From assembly GCA_023379125.1 (NCBI GenBank), contig JAMCSY010000011.1:5333-69332 (forward strand): a DNA stretch of 64,000 nucleotides, in the 5' to 3' direction. Positions 29,476 to 41,084 of the stretch are shown here, piece by piece. Each line of letters begins with the position of its first letter. The first letter of the stretch is position 1. This DNA comes from Patescibacteria group bacterium. GTDB lineage: Bacteria > Patescibacteriota > Microgenomatia > Daviesbacterales > UBA10151. The notes under the pieces are model-generated. The model saw only the letters and a list, made by a program, of their open reading frames with translations, had not been told where the DNA came from and ran no database searches. The translations under genes were made by a program, and so were the position numbers.

Positions 29476-31404
29476 ATGAATACAACAAAAATACTAGCCA
29501 CAATCAAAAATAAGTGGGTACATTTATTTTGCCTAACATTACTAGTCCTAATATGTTATTTAGGAATTTTACAAAATGGTTTTGCTTGGGATGACGAGGA
29601 TTTTTTTCTGAACTGGCCGACAATCAAGGACAGCCAGGAAATTTCTGCTGTTTTAAGTATACCTGACCTGCTAGCAGGTTCTTTACCTTCCAATCATCAA
29701 GGTGTTTATCGTCCAATTAGAAGTGTATACTATCTGGCTAGTTACAAAATCTGGGGAGAAGACGCTTTTGGATATCACTTACAAGCCATCATTGTTCATC
29801 TGTTGGTCGTCCTCCTTATCTATTTTATTACCGAAGAAATATTCAAGCAGCGACTTCTCGCTTTTCTATCGGCAGCCTTTTTCGCTACCCATCCTATACA
29901 TACAGAGGCAATTAGTTATACTGCAGCTAGCTTAGATTCTCTGGGGATACTTTTCTTCTTCGCCGCTTTTTATTTTTATTTACGATCAACCAATTCAGTG
30001 AAAAGAAATATCCCAGCTATAATTTTATCAATCATTTATACAGGTTTAGCTTTTTTTACCTACGAGATGACTCTGGTTCTTCCAATCCTGATTGTTTTTT
30101 ACGATTATACTTTTAATTTTCTCACCAGGGAAAATTGGCGTCAGCGACTATCAGTATACAAACCTTATTTGTCTTTATGGTTATTCTATTTGGTAGTGAG
30201 ATTTCTGTGGCTACAAATAGGGGACAGAGCTGATTATTTGGGTAACGGTATGTTATTAGTTGCCCAACAGGCCAGAACTGCGATTTTGGTTATTTATGCT
30301 CACTACCTATCTTGGTTAGTCTTACCACTGCATCAAAATATCCTACCCAACATCAACCAATCCTCGAATCTGGATATCTTAGCTTTTGTTAATAAATTCA
30401 GGGCAGGTCAGCTCACTTCTGTAATAATCGACTATTCAGCTTTAATCCCTGTTTTCTTTCTAATAAGTGGAATACTAGCTACGTTATTCTTACTAAAAAA
30501 GCATAAATTAGTAGCTTTCAGTCTTGGCTGGTTATTGATTTCACTTACTACCGTTTCCAGTATTCTTCCTCAAGGTGCACCAATTGCCGAGCGCTATCTC
30601 TATATTGGATCCTTTGGTTATACACTCATTCTAGCTTTTTTAGTAATCTATATATCTCATCTGACTCCAAGAGTGTTAAGGATGGTCATCAAGGGCTATA
30701 TCTCCCATACCTCTTTTTTATCATATAGTCTTATAGTTTCAGCTAGTCTTGCAATCGTTGTCTCCTACACATACCTAACTATTAATCGCAACTTTGATTG
30801 GCATAATTACCAAAGTCTGTGGGAAAGTGTAGTTCGAGAGGACCCGAATAACTCTTATGCCTATGAAGGATTAGGCTATCAAAGCTTTGAAAGAGGTAAT
30901 ATAAATGAAGCAATTAATTTATACCAAAAAACTATTAGTCTTAACCCACAACAAACCCGCGCAAGAACTAATCTGGCAAGCGCCTATATTAAGCAGCAGC
31001 AATATGACTTAGCGTTACAACAACTCCAATTGACTTTGGATATTGATACTAATAATCCAATCGCCTATGAATTATGGGGAGACATCGCAATGGTTCAAAA
31101 AAACTACAAATTGGCGATCGAAAAATATCAACAGGCGTTGCAAATTGCGCCACAGTATTCCTTCTATAATGCCAATTTAGGATCAGCTTACGAACAAAAT
31201 GGCCAATACCAGCAGGCTTTGACCCAGTACCAAACAGCCATCTCTCTTAACCCCAACAGTGCTGACTATTATTACCATATCAGCAATATTTATTATCACT
31301 TAGGTCATCAGGATTTGGCAATTCAAGCTATAAATTTATCTTTGGAGTTTGACCCTAATAATAATATAGCTAAAGAATTAAAAGAACTTTTGCAAAATCA
31401 ATGA
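29476..31404 (+). CDS. TMTC-like protein glycosyltransferase with C-terminal TPR repeats
   Basis: FAWDD, YRPIR, YHL...H, HPIHTEAI, AERYLY, RNFDW...LW, then several TPR units. Confidence 0.85.
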   Translation: MNTTKILATIKNKWVHLFCLTLLVLICYLGILQNGFAWDDEDFFLNWPTIKDSQEISAVLSIPDLLAGSLPSNHQGVYRPIRSVYYLASYKIWGEDAFGYHLQAIIVHLLVVLLIYFITEEIFKQRLLAFLSAAFFATHPIHTEAISYTAASLDSLGILFFFAAFYFYLRSTNSVKRNIPAIILSIIYTGLAFFTYEMTLVLPILIVFYDYTFNFLTRENWRQRLSVYKPYLSLWLFYLVVRFLWLQIGDRADYLGNGMLLVAQQARTAILVIYAHYLSWLVLPLHQNILPNINQSSNLDILAFVNKFRAGQLTSVIIDYSALIPVFFLISGILATLFLLKKHKLVAFSLGWLLISLTTVSSILPQGAPIAERYLYIGSFGYTLILAFLVIYISHLTPRVLRMVIKGYISHTSFLSYSLIVSASLAIVVSYTYLTINRNFDWHNYQSLWESVVREDPNNSYAYEGLGYQSFERGNINEAINLYQKTISLNPQQTRARTNLASAYIKQQQYDLALQQLQLTLDIDTNNPIAYELWGDIAMVQKNYKLAIEKYQQALQIAPQYSFYNANLGSAYEQNGQYQQALTQYQTAISLNPNSADYYYHISNIYYHLGHQDLAIQAINLSLEFDPNNNIAKELKELLQNQ

Positions 31405-31435
31405 TTTCTTAGAAAGATAAGTAGTAGAGAAGAAA

Positions 31436-31858
31436 TTACTGAGCGTTCCTCTTACAGAACCAGTTTCCAGAAGTAGTAGCACCCCCACCCACACTAGTGG
31501 TTGCATTACCTGTTGAGTTTTCCAGTGAAGCACAGAAAACAAAGCCATTAGAAGAATTAAATGAGGTAGCATAATTAGCACCACCAGGAGAAGGATTAGT
31601 TGGTACTGTTTGATCAGAAAACCAAGTCCCGTTTAATGATGTTGGATAACCAGAACCAGAAACATAATTGGCTTCCATTGCTCCAGCCATGGATTGAATA
31701 TCAGCCTTTCTTTTGGCATCTCGCGCTTTATTTAAAGTTCCAGTATAAATAGTAATCCCGATAATACCTAAGATTGCCAAGATTGAAATAACAACTAACA
31801 GCTCAAAAAGTGTAAAACCTTGAGAGTTATTTTTAGTTCTAGGCAAAAATTTTGACAT
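31436..31858 (-). CDS. Type IV pilin, tandem copy 2
   Basis: G|FTLFELL; start moved to ATG 31858; near-identical protein to its neighbour. Confidence 0.9.
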   Translation of the reverse strand: MSKFLPRTKNNSQGFTLFELLVVISILAILGIIGITIYTGTLNKARDAKRKADIQSMAGAMEANYVSGSGYPTSLNGTWFSDQTVPTNPSPGGANYATSFNSSNGFVFCASLENSTGNATTSVGGGATTSGNWFCKRNAQ

Positions 31859-31859
31859 A

Positions 31860-32282
31860 TTATTGTGCATTCCTCTTACAATACCAATTACCAGAAGTAG
31901 TAGCACCTCCACCAACACTGGTAGTAGCATTACCTGTTGAATTCTCTAGTGAAGCACAGAAAACAAAACCACTCGAAGTATTAAAAGAAGTCGCATATGT
32001 GGCACCACCAGGAGAAGGATTAGTTGGAACTGTTTGATCAGAGAACCAAGTAGCATTTAACGATGTTGGGTAACCAGAACCAGAAACATAATTAGCTTCC
32101 ATAGCTCCAGCCATTGCTTCTATATCTGCTTTTCTCTTAGCATCTCGAGCTTTATTCAAAGTTCCAGTATAAATAGTAATACCAATAATACCTAATATTG
32201 CTAATATAGAGATTACTACCAAAAGTTCGAAAAGTGTAAAACCTTGAGGATTTGAATTTGTCTTGGGCAGTAGCTTTTTCAT
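31860..32282 (-). CDS. Type IV pilin, tandem copy 1
   Basis: G|FTLFELL; start moved to ATG 32282. Confidence 0.9.
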   Translation of the reverse strand: MKKLLPKTNSNPQGFTLFELLVVISILAILGIIGITIYTGTLNKARDAKRKADIEAMAGAMEANYVSGSGYPTSLNATWFSDQTVPTNPSPGGATYATSFNTSSGFVFCASLENSTGNATTSVGGGATTSGNWYCKRNAQ

Positions 32283-32323
32283 TTCTTGATCTATATTTAC
32301 TTTTGCATAACTAAAATATCTTG

Positions 32324-33250
32324 TCAAGAACCAATTTTCAGGCTAGTAATATACCAATTTATTATTTTTGCACCAAATAACAAAGCAGTAAAAGCACCCA
32401 AACTCAGGAAAGGACCAAAGGGAATTGTTTGCCCAAAATGTCTCTTTTTAAAAGCCATCAGCAGCAAAGCAATCACTGCACCGCTAATAAACGCCAAAAA
32501 GATAGCTAAGACTATATTAGGATAACCAAGTGCCAAGCCTAGTAGAAAAACATACTTAACGTCACCCCAACCCATCCCACGCCCTCTTGTGATTACAATT
32601 AGGAAAAAGAAAACGAGAGCTGAAATTACTGCTGCACCTAGGCTCCAAGCAGCATCCATCACAATTCTTTGGATATTATCAGTCAGGTAAGCAGAGTAGG
32701 GAGGCATCAAGTATTTTCCAAAAGGAATCAAAACTACTTCGTGATAAAAATTCCAAGAAACTAAAACCGTAGTTAAAATTAGATATATCAGAGAAATAAT
32801 CATAGCTGGATAAGTAATTCGATCAGGTATTATTCCCAATTTCAAGTCAGTCAAAAAGATAATTGCTAAAACTGTGACGATGAAACACCTAAATAGTAGG
32901 TCAATTAAAAGTAATAAATGTGGGATATCGGCAATAAAAATTTGCTCTAGGTGAGTAGGTAAGGTCGCTAAAAAAACCAAGGCAATCAGTATACCCATTA
33001 CTAATTCAGCTAAAAAATTACCCAGAGGGATTTTTCGATGACAAAACCGGCAGTGTCCACGCAGGATTAAAAAGGAGAAGACAGGGAAAAGGTCGTACCA
33101 TCTAAGCGTTTTTTTGCAACTTTGACAATACGACCTTTTTTTAAATGATACCTTTTCCTGGATCCGATCAGAGGTTGCTTTAGCAAAGCTTCCTAAAATC
33201 GTTCCCAGAACAAAACCCAGTAGCCACATCTTAAACCCTATTGTATCCAA
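32324..33250 (-). CDS. pilD: Prepilin peptidase (A24)
   Basis: RSYCQSC...GHCRFC, DLKLGIIPD, GMGWGDVK, IPFGPFL. Confidence 0.95.
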   Translation of the reverse strand: MDTIGFKMWLLGFVLGTILGSFAKATSDRIQEKVSFKKRSYCQSCKKTLRWYDLFPVFSFLILRGHCRFCHRKIPLGNFLAELVMGILIALVFLATLPTHLEQIFIADIPHLLLLIDLLFRCFIVTVLAIIFLTDLKLGIIPDRITYPAMIISLIYLILTTVLVSWNFYHEVVLIPFGKYLMPPYSAYLTDNIQRIVMDAAWSLGAAVISALVFFFLIVITRGRGMGWGDVKYVFLLGLALGYPNIVLAIFLAFISGAVIALLLMAFKKRHFGQTIPFGPFLSLGAFTALLFGAKIINWYITSLKIGS

Positions 33251-33290
33251 ACTGTTACGTTCTCACAAGAGAACTAACAGTACCCAAACC

Positions 33291-33851
33291 TTAATACGCG
33301 CAAGGTGTACCAGCAGCTGTGATTAAGTTAAGGTTAGAACCAACCTCATACAAAGTATCCTGATCACCACCATCTGTGGCCATCTTGCCCTTTTGTTGAT
33401 CTGATTCCAGAGCAGTATCAATTTCCCAAGAATCAGTGGAACCGACAGTATCAGATGCACAATATGTGTAGTGATAGTCTGTACTGTTGGTAGGATCGGC
33501 GGGTAAGGTAGGTATCGAGACACTCTTTTGGAGACTCAAATTTACTTTCACCCAACCAGAACCGTTAGAATTCCTCACGTTTGCATCTGTGTCATCACTG
33601 TGACCTACACAGGTGTAGTTAGAACCTGATGTACCACAAAGAATTTGACCACCGGAAGCTGTTGCCTCCTGAACTGCAACGTTAATCGCTTGCTGAAGAT
33701 TTGCTAAATCGGTTAGTCTAGCAGCATCACGGCTTCGTCTGGTTAATTCTAACGGATTAATAATCAGCACTACCACAGCTGCAAGAATTGCAATAATTGC
33801 AATGACCACCAATAGCTCTACCAAGGTAAACCCACGGGCAGTTTTCTTCAA
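33291..33851 (-). CDS. pilA: Probable major type IV pilin
   Basis: Short leader MKKTARG|FTLVELL, strong SD-like GGGGGTGAGGT before TTG, position between pilC and pilD. Confidence 0.8.
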   Translation of the reverse strand: MKKTARGFTLVELLVVIAIIAILAAVVVLIINPLELTRRSRDAARLTDLANLQQAINVAVQEATASGGQILCGTSGSNYTCVGHSDDTDANVRNSNGSGWVKVNLSLQKSVSIPTLPADPTNSTDYHYTYCASDTVGSTDSWEIDTALESDQQKGKMATDGGDQDTLYEVGSNLNLITAAGTPCAY

Positions 33852-33878
33852 ATTTACCTCACCCCCTCTCAGTAGTTT

Positions 33879-33942
33879 AGTTCATAACTTATAGTTAGTA
33901 GTTCATAGATCGGCTGAACTATGAACTGCAAATAATGAACTT
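33879..33942. repeat. Heptamer-based inverted repeat (AGTTCAT/ATGAACT) in the pilA leader
   Basis: AGTTCATAG-n10-CTATGAACT hairpin plus one extra AGTTCAT and one extra ATGAACT unit. Confidence 0.55.
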
Positions 33943-33955
33943 ATTACTAATCTTA

Positions 33956-34113
33956 TTGTTGACATAGCTGAAAGTTTTAGTCAAGTGTTTAACTTATTTA
34001 AATACATACCTAATATTATGAGTTTAGTAACATTACTTTCAACAAGAAGATACCGCGCTAACGTCAGCCAGTGGTAGATTCTTTGTTGACATAGCTGAAA
34101 GTTTTAGTCAAGT
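33956..34113. repeat. Perfect 31-bp direct repeat pair upstream of pilA
   Basis: TTGTTGACATAGCTGAAAGTTTTAGTCAAGT at 33956-33986 and 34083-34113. Confidence 0.9.
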
Positions 34114-34132
34114 CCTTTAGTTTTAGCAAAAC

Positions 34133-35341
34133 TTACTGAATATTAGTAGTGAGCTGGTAAATGGGCAAAATAATTGATATCACTAAAAAGGCCACCCCCA
34201 CACCCAAGATTACTAAGATGATAGGTTCAATTAAGGTTGTTACATTTTTAAGTTGATTATCTGACTCTGTCTCAAAATAGTTTGCCAATCTGATCATAAT
34301 CTCATCAATTTTACCAGTCTCTTCGCCAGTCTTAATCATTTGTCCCACAATCCTTGGAAATACTGGCATAGCCAGTATTTGGCTAGAAAGAGTTAAACCA
34401 CGTTCAACTCCTTTATATGCTGTTTCTAAACCACTTTGAAAAACACTATTTCCTACAATTTCTCCGACAATTTTAATTGATTCCAAAATCGGAATGCCAG
34501 AAGAAGCAAGTAAGCCAAAAGTACGAGTAAAATTGGTTAGCGTTACTAAAGTAACAATCCGTCCAACTACAGGCAGTTTGAGAACGACTGTATCATATTG
34601 ATATTTACCGCTCGGAGATTTGATATAACGGCGAAAAGTTAAGATCCCTACCACTAAAATAAGCAGAATTATCCACCAGTAAGTCAACATGAAGTTAGTG
34701 AAGGCAAGCAATATTTTGGTCGGTAGTGGTAAATCTAAGCCAGAATCTGTATAAAGATTCATCAGCTTAGGCATCACGAAAAAGATCATAATCAGCATCA
34801 CACCAGCCATCATCAACAACACAACGATTGGATAAATCATGGCTCCTCTGATTTTGCTACGGAATTCACGATCTTTCTCCAAGTTATCAGCAAGTTGCAA
34901 AAGTACAGTATCCAACTTACCGGAGGCTTGACCAGCTCTGACTAATTTACTATAGAGTTTAGGAAATACCTCTGGGTATTTTTCCAGGGAAGTCGCAAAA
35001 TCCATTCCACCTTTGACATCATTAGATATTTCACCAATAATTTTCTGAAAGTTCTTGTCAGACTGCTGCTCTTGTAAAATATCCAGAGCTTCAGAAAGCA
35101 CTAAGCCTGCTTCTACCATCGTGGCTAACTGCCTGGTAAAAACCACCACATCTGAATAAGCCACTTTGGAGAAAAACTTTTCAACAAAATTATCTTTATT
35201 AGTATTTTTAACTTTCAGTGAAATCACAATTAATTTTTTGCGGCGGAGGAGGGTAGCCGCTTGACGATCATCGGTAGTCTCAATTTCTCCTTTGTGATAA
35301 CTGCCAGTCAAGTCTTTGGCAATGTAATTAAATATCGGCAT
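34133..35341 (-). CDS. pilC: Type IV pilus platform protein PilC (GspF family)
   Basis: FTRQLATMVEAG, AMIYP, GEETGKID, LIEP. Confidence 0.95.
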   Translation of the reverse strand: MPIFNYIAKDLTGSYHKGEIETTDDRQAATLLRRKKLIVISLKVKNTNKDNFVEKFFSKVAYSDVVVFTRQLATMVEAGLVLSEALDILQEQQSDKNFQKIIGEISNDVKGGMDFATSLEKYPEVFPKLYSKLVRAGQASGKLDTVLLQLADNLEKDREFRSKIRGAMIYPIVVLLMMAGVMLIMIFFVMPKLMNLYTDSGLDLPLPTKILLAFTNFMLTYWWIILLILVVGILTFRRYIKSPSGKYQYDTVVLKLPVVGRIVTLVTLTNFTRTFGLLASSGIPILESIKIVGEIVGNSVFQSGLETAYKGVERGLTLSSQILAMPVFPRIVGQMIKTGEETGKIDEIMIRLANYFETESDNQLKNVTTLIEPIILVILGVGVAFLVISIILPIYQLTTNIQ

Positions 35342-35346
35342 AATTG

Positions 35347-36396
35347 TTAGACTAGTTTGGCCAATAGGTCTGGACGGAAGCTGTAGTTTAAGGCTGTATT
35401 AAAATCTACCTCACCTTCTTTGACTAGATTAGCCAGAGAGGTTTCCAAACTAATCATTCCTTGTTCACCAGAAGTTTGAATTAAGTTATCAATTAAATGA
35501 GTTTTTGATTCTCTGATTAAGGCTGGCAAAGCACTGTTTCGTAGTAGCAACTCAACAGCTAGTTTTCTACCCGGAGTTATCGTGGGCACTAGACGTTGTG
35601 AGACAATTGCTTCTAGGGTAGCAGCAAGTTGCAATCTAATCTGCTGCTGCTGATTTTGTGGAAAAACATCGATCATACGGTCTATCGATTGAGCTGCAGA
35701 GTTAGTATGAAGAGTTGCTAAAACCAAGTGGCCAGTTTCAGCAATAGTAATTGCTGCCGCAATAGTTTCTGGATCACGCATTTCACCAATCAAAATTACA
35801 TCAATATCCTCGCGCAACACTGCCCTTAAAGCACTATCCCATGATTTAGTATCTAAATACATCTCTCTTTGAGAAATGATCGATTTACCCTTTGCATAGA
35901 CATACTCAATAGGATCTTCAATTGTCACAATATGAGCTGATCGTTTGGAGTTAATTTTATTAATAACCGCAGCCAAAGTAGTGCTTTTTCCTTGACCATT
36001 AGGGCCAGTTACCAAAACAAAACCTTGATGTAAATCAATTAGTTTATTAACTGCTGGAGGCAAACCTAACGTTTCCAATTCAGGAATTGCCAGAGGAATC
36101 ATGCGCAAAGATGCACCCATTTGGCCCTTTTGACGATAAAGATTTGCCCTAAAACGAGCTTTATCTTCAAAAGAGAAACCAAAATCTAATTCAAAATTTT
36201 TCTCAAATAATTGCTTTTGAGTAGGAGTTAGTAGCTGAAAAACCAAACTAGTAACATCAGGGTCAGATAACGCAGTAGAGCCTGCCACTTGTACCAGCTC
36301 ACCATGAATACGAATCATTGGTGGGTAACCAGCCAAAAGATGTAAGTCTGACGCCCGTCTTTCAATTGTAATCTCAAGTAGCTGTCTGATATTCAT
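35347..36396 (-). CDS. pilT: Retraction ATPase PilT
   Basis: ASDLHL, GPNGQGKSTT, TIEDPIEY, GEMRD, AETGHLVLATLHT. Confidence 0.93.
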   Translation of the reverse strand: MNIRQLLEITIERRASDLHLLAGYPPMIRIHGELVQVAGSTALSDPDVTSLVFQLLTPTQKQLFEKNFELDFGFSFEDKARFRANLYRQKGQMGASLRMIPLAIPELETLGLPPAVNKLIDLHQGFVLVTGPNGQGKSTTLAAVINKINSKRSAHIVTIEDPIEYVYAKGKSIISQREMYLDTKSWDSALRAVLREDIDVILIGEMRDPETIAAAITIAETGHLVLATLHTNSAAQSIDRMIDVFPQNQQQQIRLQLAATLEAIVSQRLVPTITPGRKLAVELLLRNSALPALIRESKTHLIDNLIQTSGEQGMISLETSLANLVKEGEVDFNTALNYSFRPDLLAKLV

Positions 36397-36462
36397 ATAA
36401 TTTCTATAATTTAATGCACTATAATTATTGTTATCATTTCCAACTTCAAAAGCAAAGGGTCT

Positions 36463-38163
36463 TTAATCTTCAGCCACCCTTAAGACCTCTTCCAAAGCAG
36501 TAACACCTTCCAAAGCTTTGAGATAACCATCTTGTTTGAGAGTAATCATCCCTTCCTCAATAGAAACATCTTCTATTTTTTGGCTCGAAGCTCTTTCCAG
36601 AATCAGATTCATAATTTTATTTGAAACCACTAGCACTTCAAAAATACCAATCCGCCCTTGGTAACCAGTATTGCCACACTCAGCACACCCTGCACCTTTA
36701 TATAGTTTAATTGCACGCTCAGGCGAAAGCAGTTTACCAAGTACTCCTCTGATATTTTGCACTACCTCATCTGGTGGGGTATACTCTTGTTTACACGAAG
36801 GACAAATCTTACGCAAAATCCTCTGGCCAACCACACCATTGATTGAAGATGCGAGCAAGAACGGTTCCATACCCATATCTAAAAGTCTGGGCAAAGCTCC
36901 AGCTGCAGTATTAGTATGCAGAGTAGAAAAAACTTCGTGGCCAGTCAAAGCTGCTTGAATTGCCAAATCAGCTGTTTCATTATCACGAATTTCACCTACT
37001 AACATAATATTAGGATCTTGGCGCAAGAAAGATCTTAGGGCATCAGCAAAGGTTAAGCCAATTAATGGGTTAACTTGCACTTGGTTTGCACCAGGAATGC
37101 GATACTCGACAGGATCTTCAACTGTTAAAACATTAACCTTAGTGGTAGATAATCTTGTGAGAATAGAGTAGAGGGTAGTTGTTTTACCAGACCCAGTTGG
37201 TCCACAAATCAGAATAATGCCGTGCGGTCTGGTAATTTGTATATCGAGATTCTTCAAAGCAGTACCTCTTAAACCTAGCTCCTGCAGAGTTGGAGGTGTG
37301 ACTGATTTTGGTAAAAGCCTCATCACTACTTTCTCGCCATAAATAGTAGGCACTGTGGATACACGCAAATCATAAATTGCTTTTCCAGAGGTATAGCTAA
37401 AACGTCCGTCTTGAGGTAGTCTTTTTTCCTCAATCTTCAGATTAGACAGAATCTTAATTCGGGAAACTAGTGCATCATGAACTCCACGCGGCAAAACCAC
37501 TTTTTCGTGCAGAATTCCATCAATCCGATACCTTACTCGAGTGCGATCCTCCATAGGTTCAATATGAATATCTGATGATTTAGTGCGGACAGCATAATCA
37601 AGGAGTTGACTTATAATATTAGCAACAGGTGCCTCACGGATAATTTCTGCTTTTTCTTCTTGTGGTTCTTCATTTTTCTGAAAAGAGGAAACTTCTTCCA
37701 AAGCGGAAGTGACTTCAGAAGTTAAATTCTGGGCATATTGTTCATTAACTGATTTAGCAATATCCTCTGGTAAAGCCAGATAAGGCTTGATAAAAAGCCC
37801 TGATTTTTTTTCAATAAATTGAATTACCTGCAAATCCAGTGGATCTTCCATCGCCACAAACAACTTGTCAGCTTTTTTATCAAAAGGCATGAGGTGGTAA
37901 CGCCTTGCCACAGCCTCAGGTACATAATTTAACACCTCAACAGAAACTCCTTTGCCTTCTAAGCTAATAAAGGGAACTCCCAGCAGCTGAGCACGAGCTG
38001 CTCCAATTTTAGATGGAGGAACTATTTGGTGCTGGAGGATAATTTTCTCAACTGGTTGGCCACTATTAATAGCTTCTAACTTAATTGCAGAGAGTTGACT
38101 TGCGTTAATCGCTCCCTGCCTGTAAAGAATATCTTCAATCCCAACTTGAGCAGACTGTGGCAT
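36463..38163 (-). CDS. pilB: Assembly ATPase PilB/GspE
   Basis: SDIHIEP, RLPQDGR, GPTGSGKTTT, LRQDPN, tetracysteine motif. Confidence 0.95.
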   Translation of the reverse strand: MPQSAQVGIEDILYRQGAINASQLSAIKLEAINSGQPVEKIILQHQIVPPSKIGAARAQLLGVPFISLEGKGVSVEVLNYVPEAVARRYHLMPFDKKADKLFVAMEDPLDLQVIQFIEKKSGLFIKPYLALPEDIAKSVNEQYAQNLTSEVTSALEEVSSFQKNEEPQEEKAEIIREAPVANIISQLLDYAVRTKSSDIHIEPMEDRTRVRYRIDGILHEKVVLPRGVHDALVSRIKILSNLKIEEKRLPQDGRFSYTSGKAIYDLRVSTVPTIYGEKVVMRLLPKSVTPPTLQELGLRGTALKNLDIQITRPHGIILICGPTGSGKTTTLYSILTRLSTTKVNVLTVEDPVEYRIPGANQVQVNPLIGLTFADALRSFLRQDPNIMLVGEIRDNETADLAIQAALTGHEVFSTLHTNTAAGALPRLLDMGMEPFLLASSINGVVGQRILRKICPSCKQEYTPPDEVVQNIRGVLGKLLSPERAIKLYKGAGCAECGNTGYQGRIGIFEVLVVSNKIMNLILERASSQKIEDVSIEEGMITLKQDGYLKALEGVTALEEVLRVAED

Positions 38164-38296
38164 AAGTTTATTACCTAAAAAGTTTAGGCCTTACAATTAT
38201 TATGTTCAAAGTAGGGTAGTAGTGTCAATTGCCATAAAAAATAGCTCGACTAATTCAAGCAATTTGCGCAGTCTGCTTTTGATATAATCCAAAGCA

Positions 38297-38965
38297 ATGA
38301 TAGCTCAACTAATAATTCAACCAGATATTCCTACCAGAATCCAGGCTATTGAGAAAATCTTAATTGATCAGGGGTTAAACAGAAATCACCCTAACCTGAT
38401 CTGGTTTGATGAAAATAGTAAATTAGGAGTAGAACAAACTAAAAAAATCAGGGAACATCTTTCCTTAAAACCCTATCAGGGAAAATTTCAAGCAGCTGTA
38501 CTTATAGCAGCAGAGGTTTTAAGCTTGGATGCTCAAAACTCGCTGTTAAAAATTTTAGAAGAGCCCCCTGGCGAGGCATTGATTATTTTGGGCATTGGTT
38601 TTGAATCCCAACTTCTTCCCACTGTTATTTCCCGTTGTCAGCTAACTTTCATTCATGATTCAGGAACTAATAAAAATGAGGTTTTGTTGAAAAAATACCA
38701 GGCTAAAATCATGCAGCTTTTTGCCAGTAATATTGAGACGAGATTTCAGCTAATTGAAAAAATAGAACAACGTGAGGAGTTTTTAACTGCTTTGGTTACT
38801 TATTTTCATGAGCATCGTCAAGATAAAACTTTACAGCCCTTTTTAGCAGATCTGCTTCAAGCCAGTCTTTGGCAACAACACAATGTTAATACTCGAGGAA
38901 TTTTAGAATACCTGATGCTCAAAATACCAATTATTAAAGATAATAAGATTGAATTTAGCCGCTAA
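38297..38965 (+). CDS. holB: Reduced DNA polymerase III delta-prime subunit-like protein
   Basis: AQNSLLKILEEPP, LLPTVISRC. Confidence 0.75.
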   Translation: MIAQLIIQPDIPTRIQAIEKILIDQGLNRNHPNLIWFDENSKLGVEQTKKIREHLSLKPYQGKFQAAVLIAAEVLSLDAQNSLLKILEEPPGEALIILGIGFESQLLPTVISRCQLTFIHDSGTNKNEVLLKKYQAKIMQLFASNIETRFQLIEKIEQREEFLTALVTYFHEHRQDKTLQPFLADLLQASLWQQHNVNTRGILEYLMLKIPIIKDNKIEFSR

Positions 38966-39071
38966 TCATTAATATTTTGCTGCTTTTGTGGACAAAAGAA
39001 TATGCATCGCATATTTATCTGAAAAACACCTTGATTAGCCTACTATTACGGCCTAAAATCAACATTTATAG

Positions 39072-41060
<1,989 letters not shown>

Positions 41061-41084
41061 AAGCTCCTTGGTAGAATAACTGTA

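Noticed and set aside
18474-38163. Type II secretion system
   Set aside because: PilT and PilMNO present and no secretin; fits a monoderm type IV pilus
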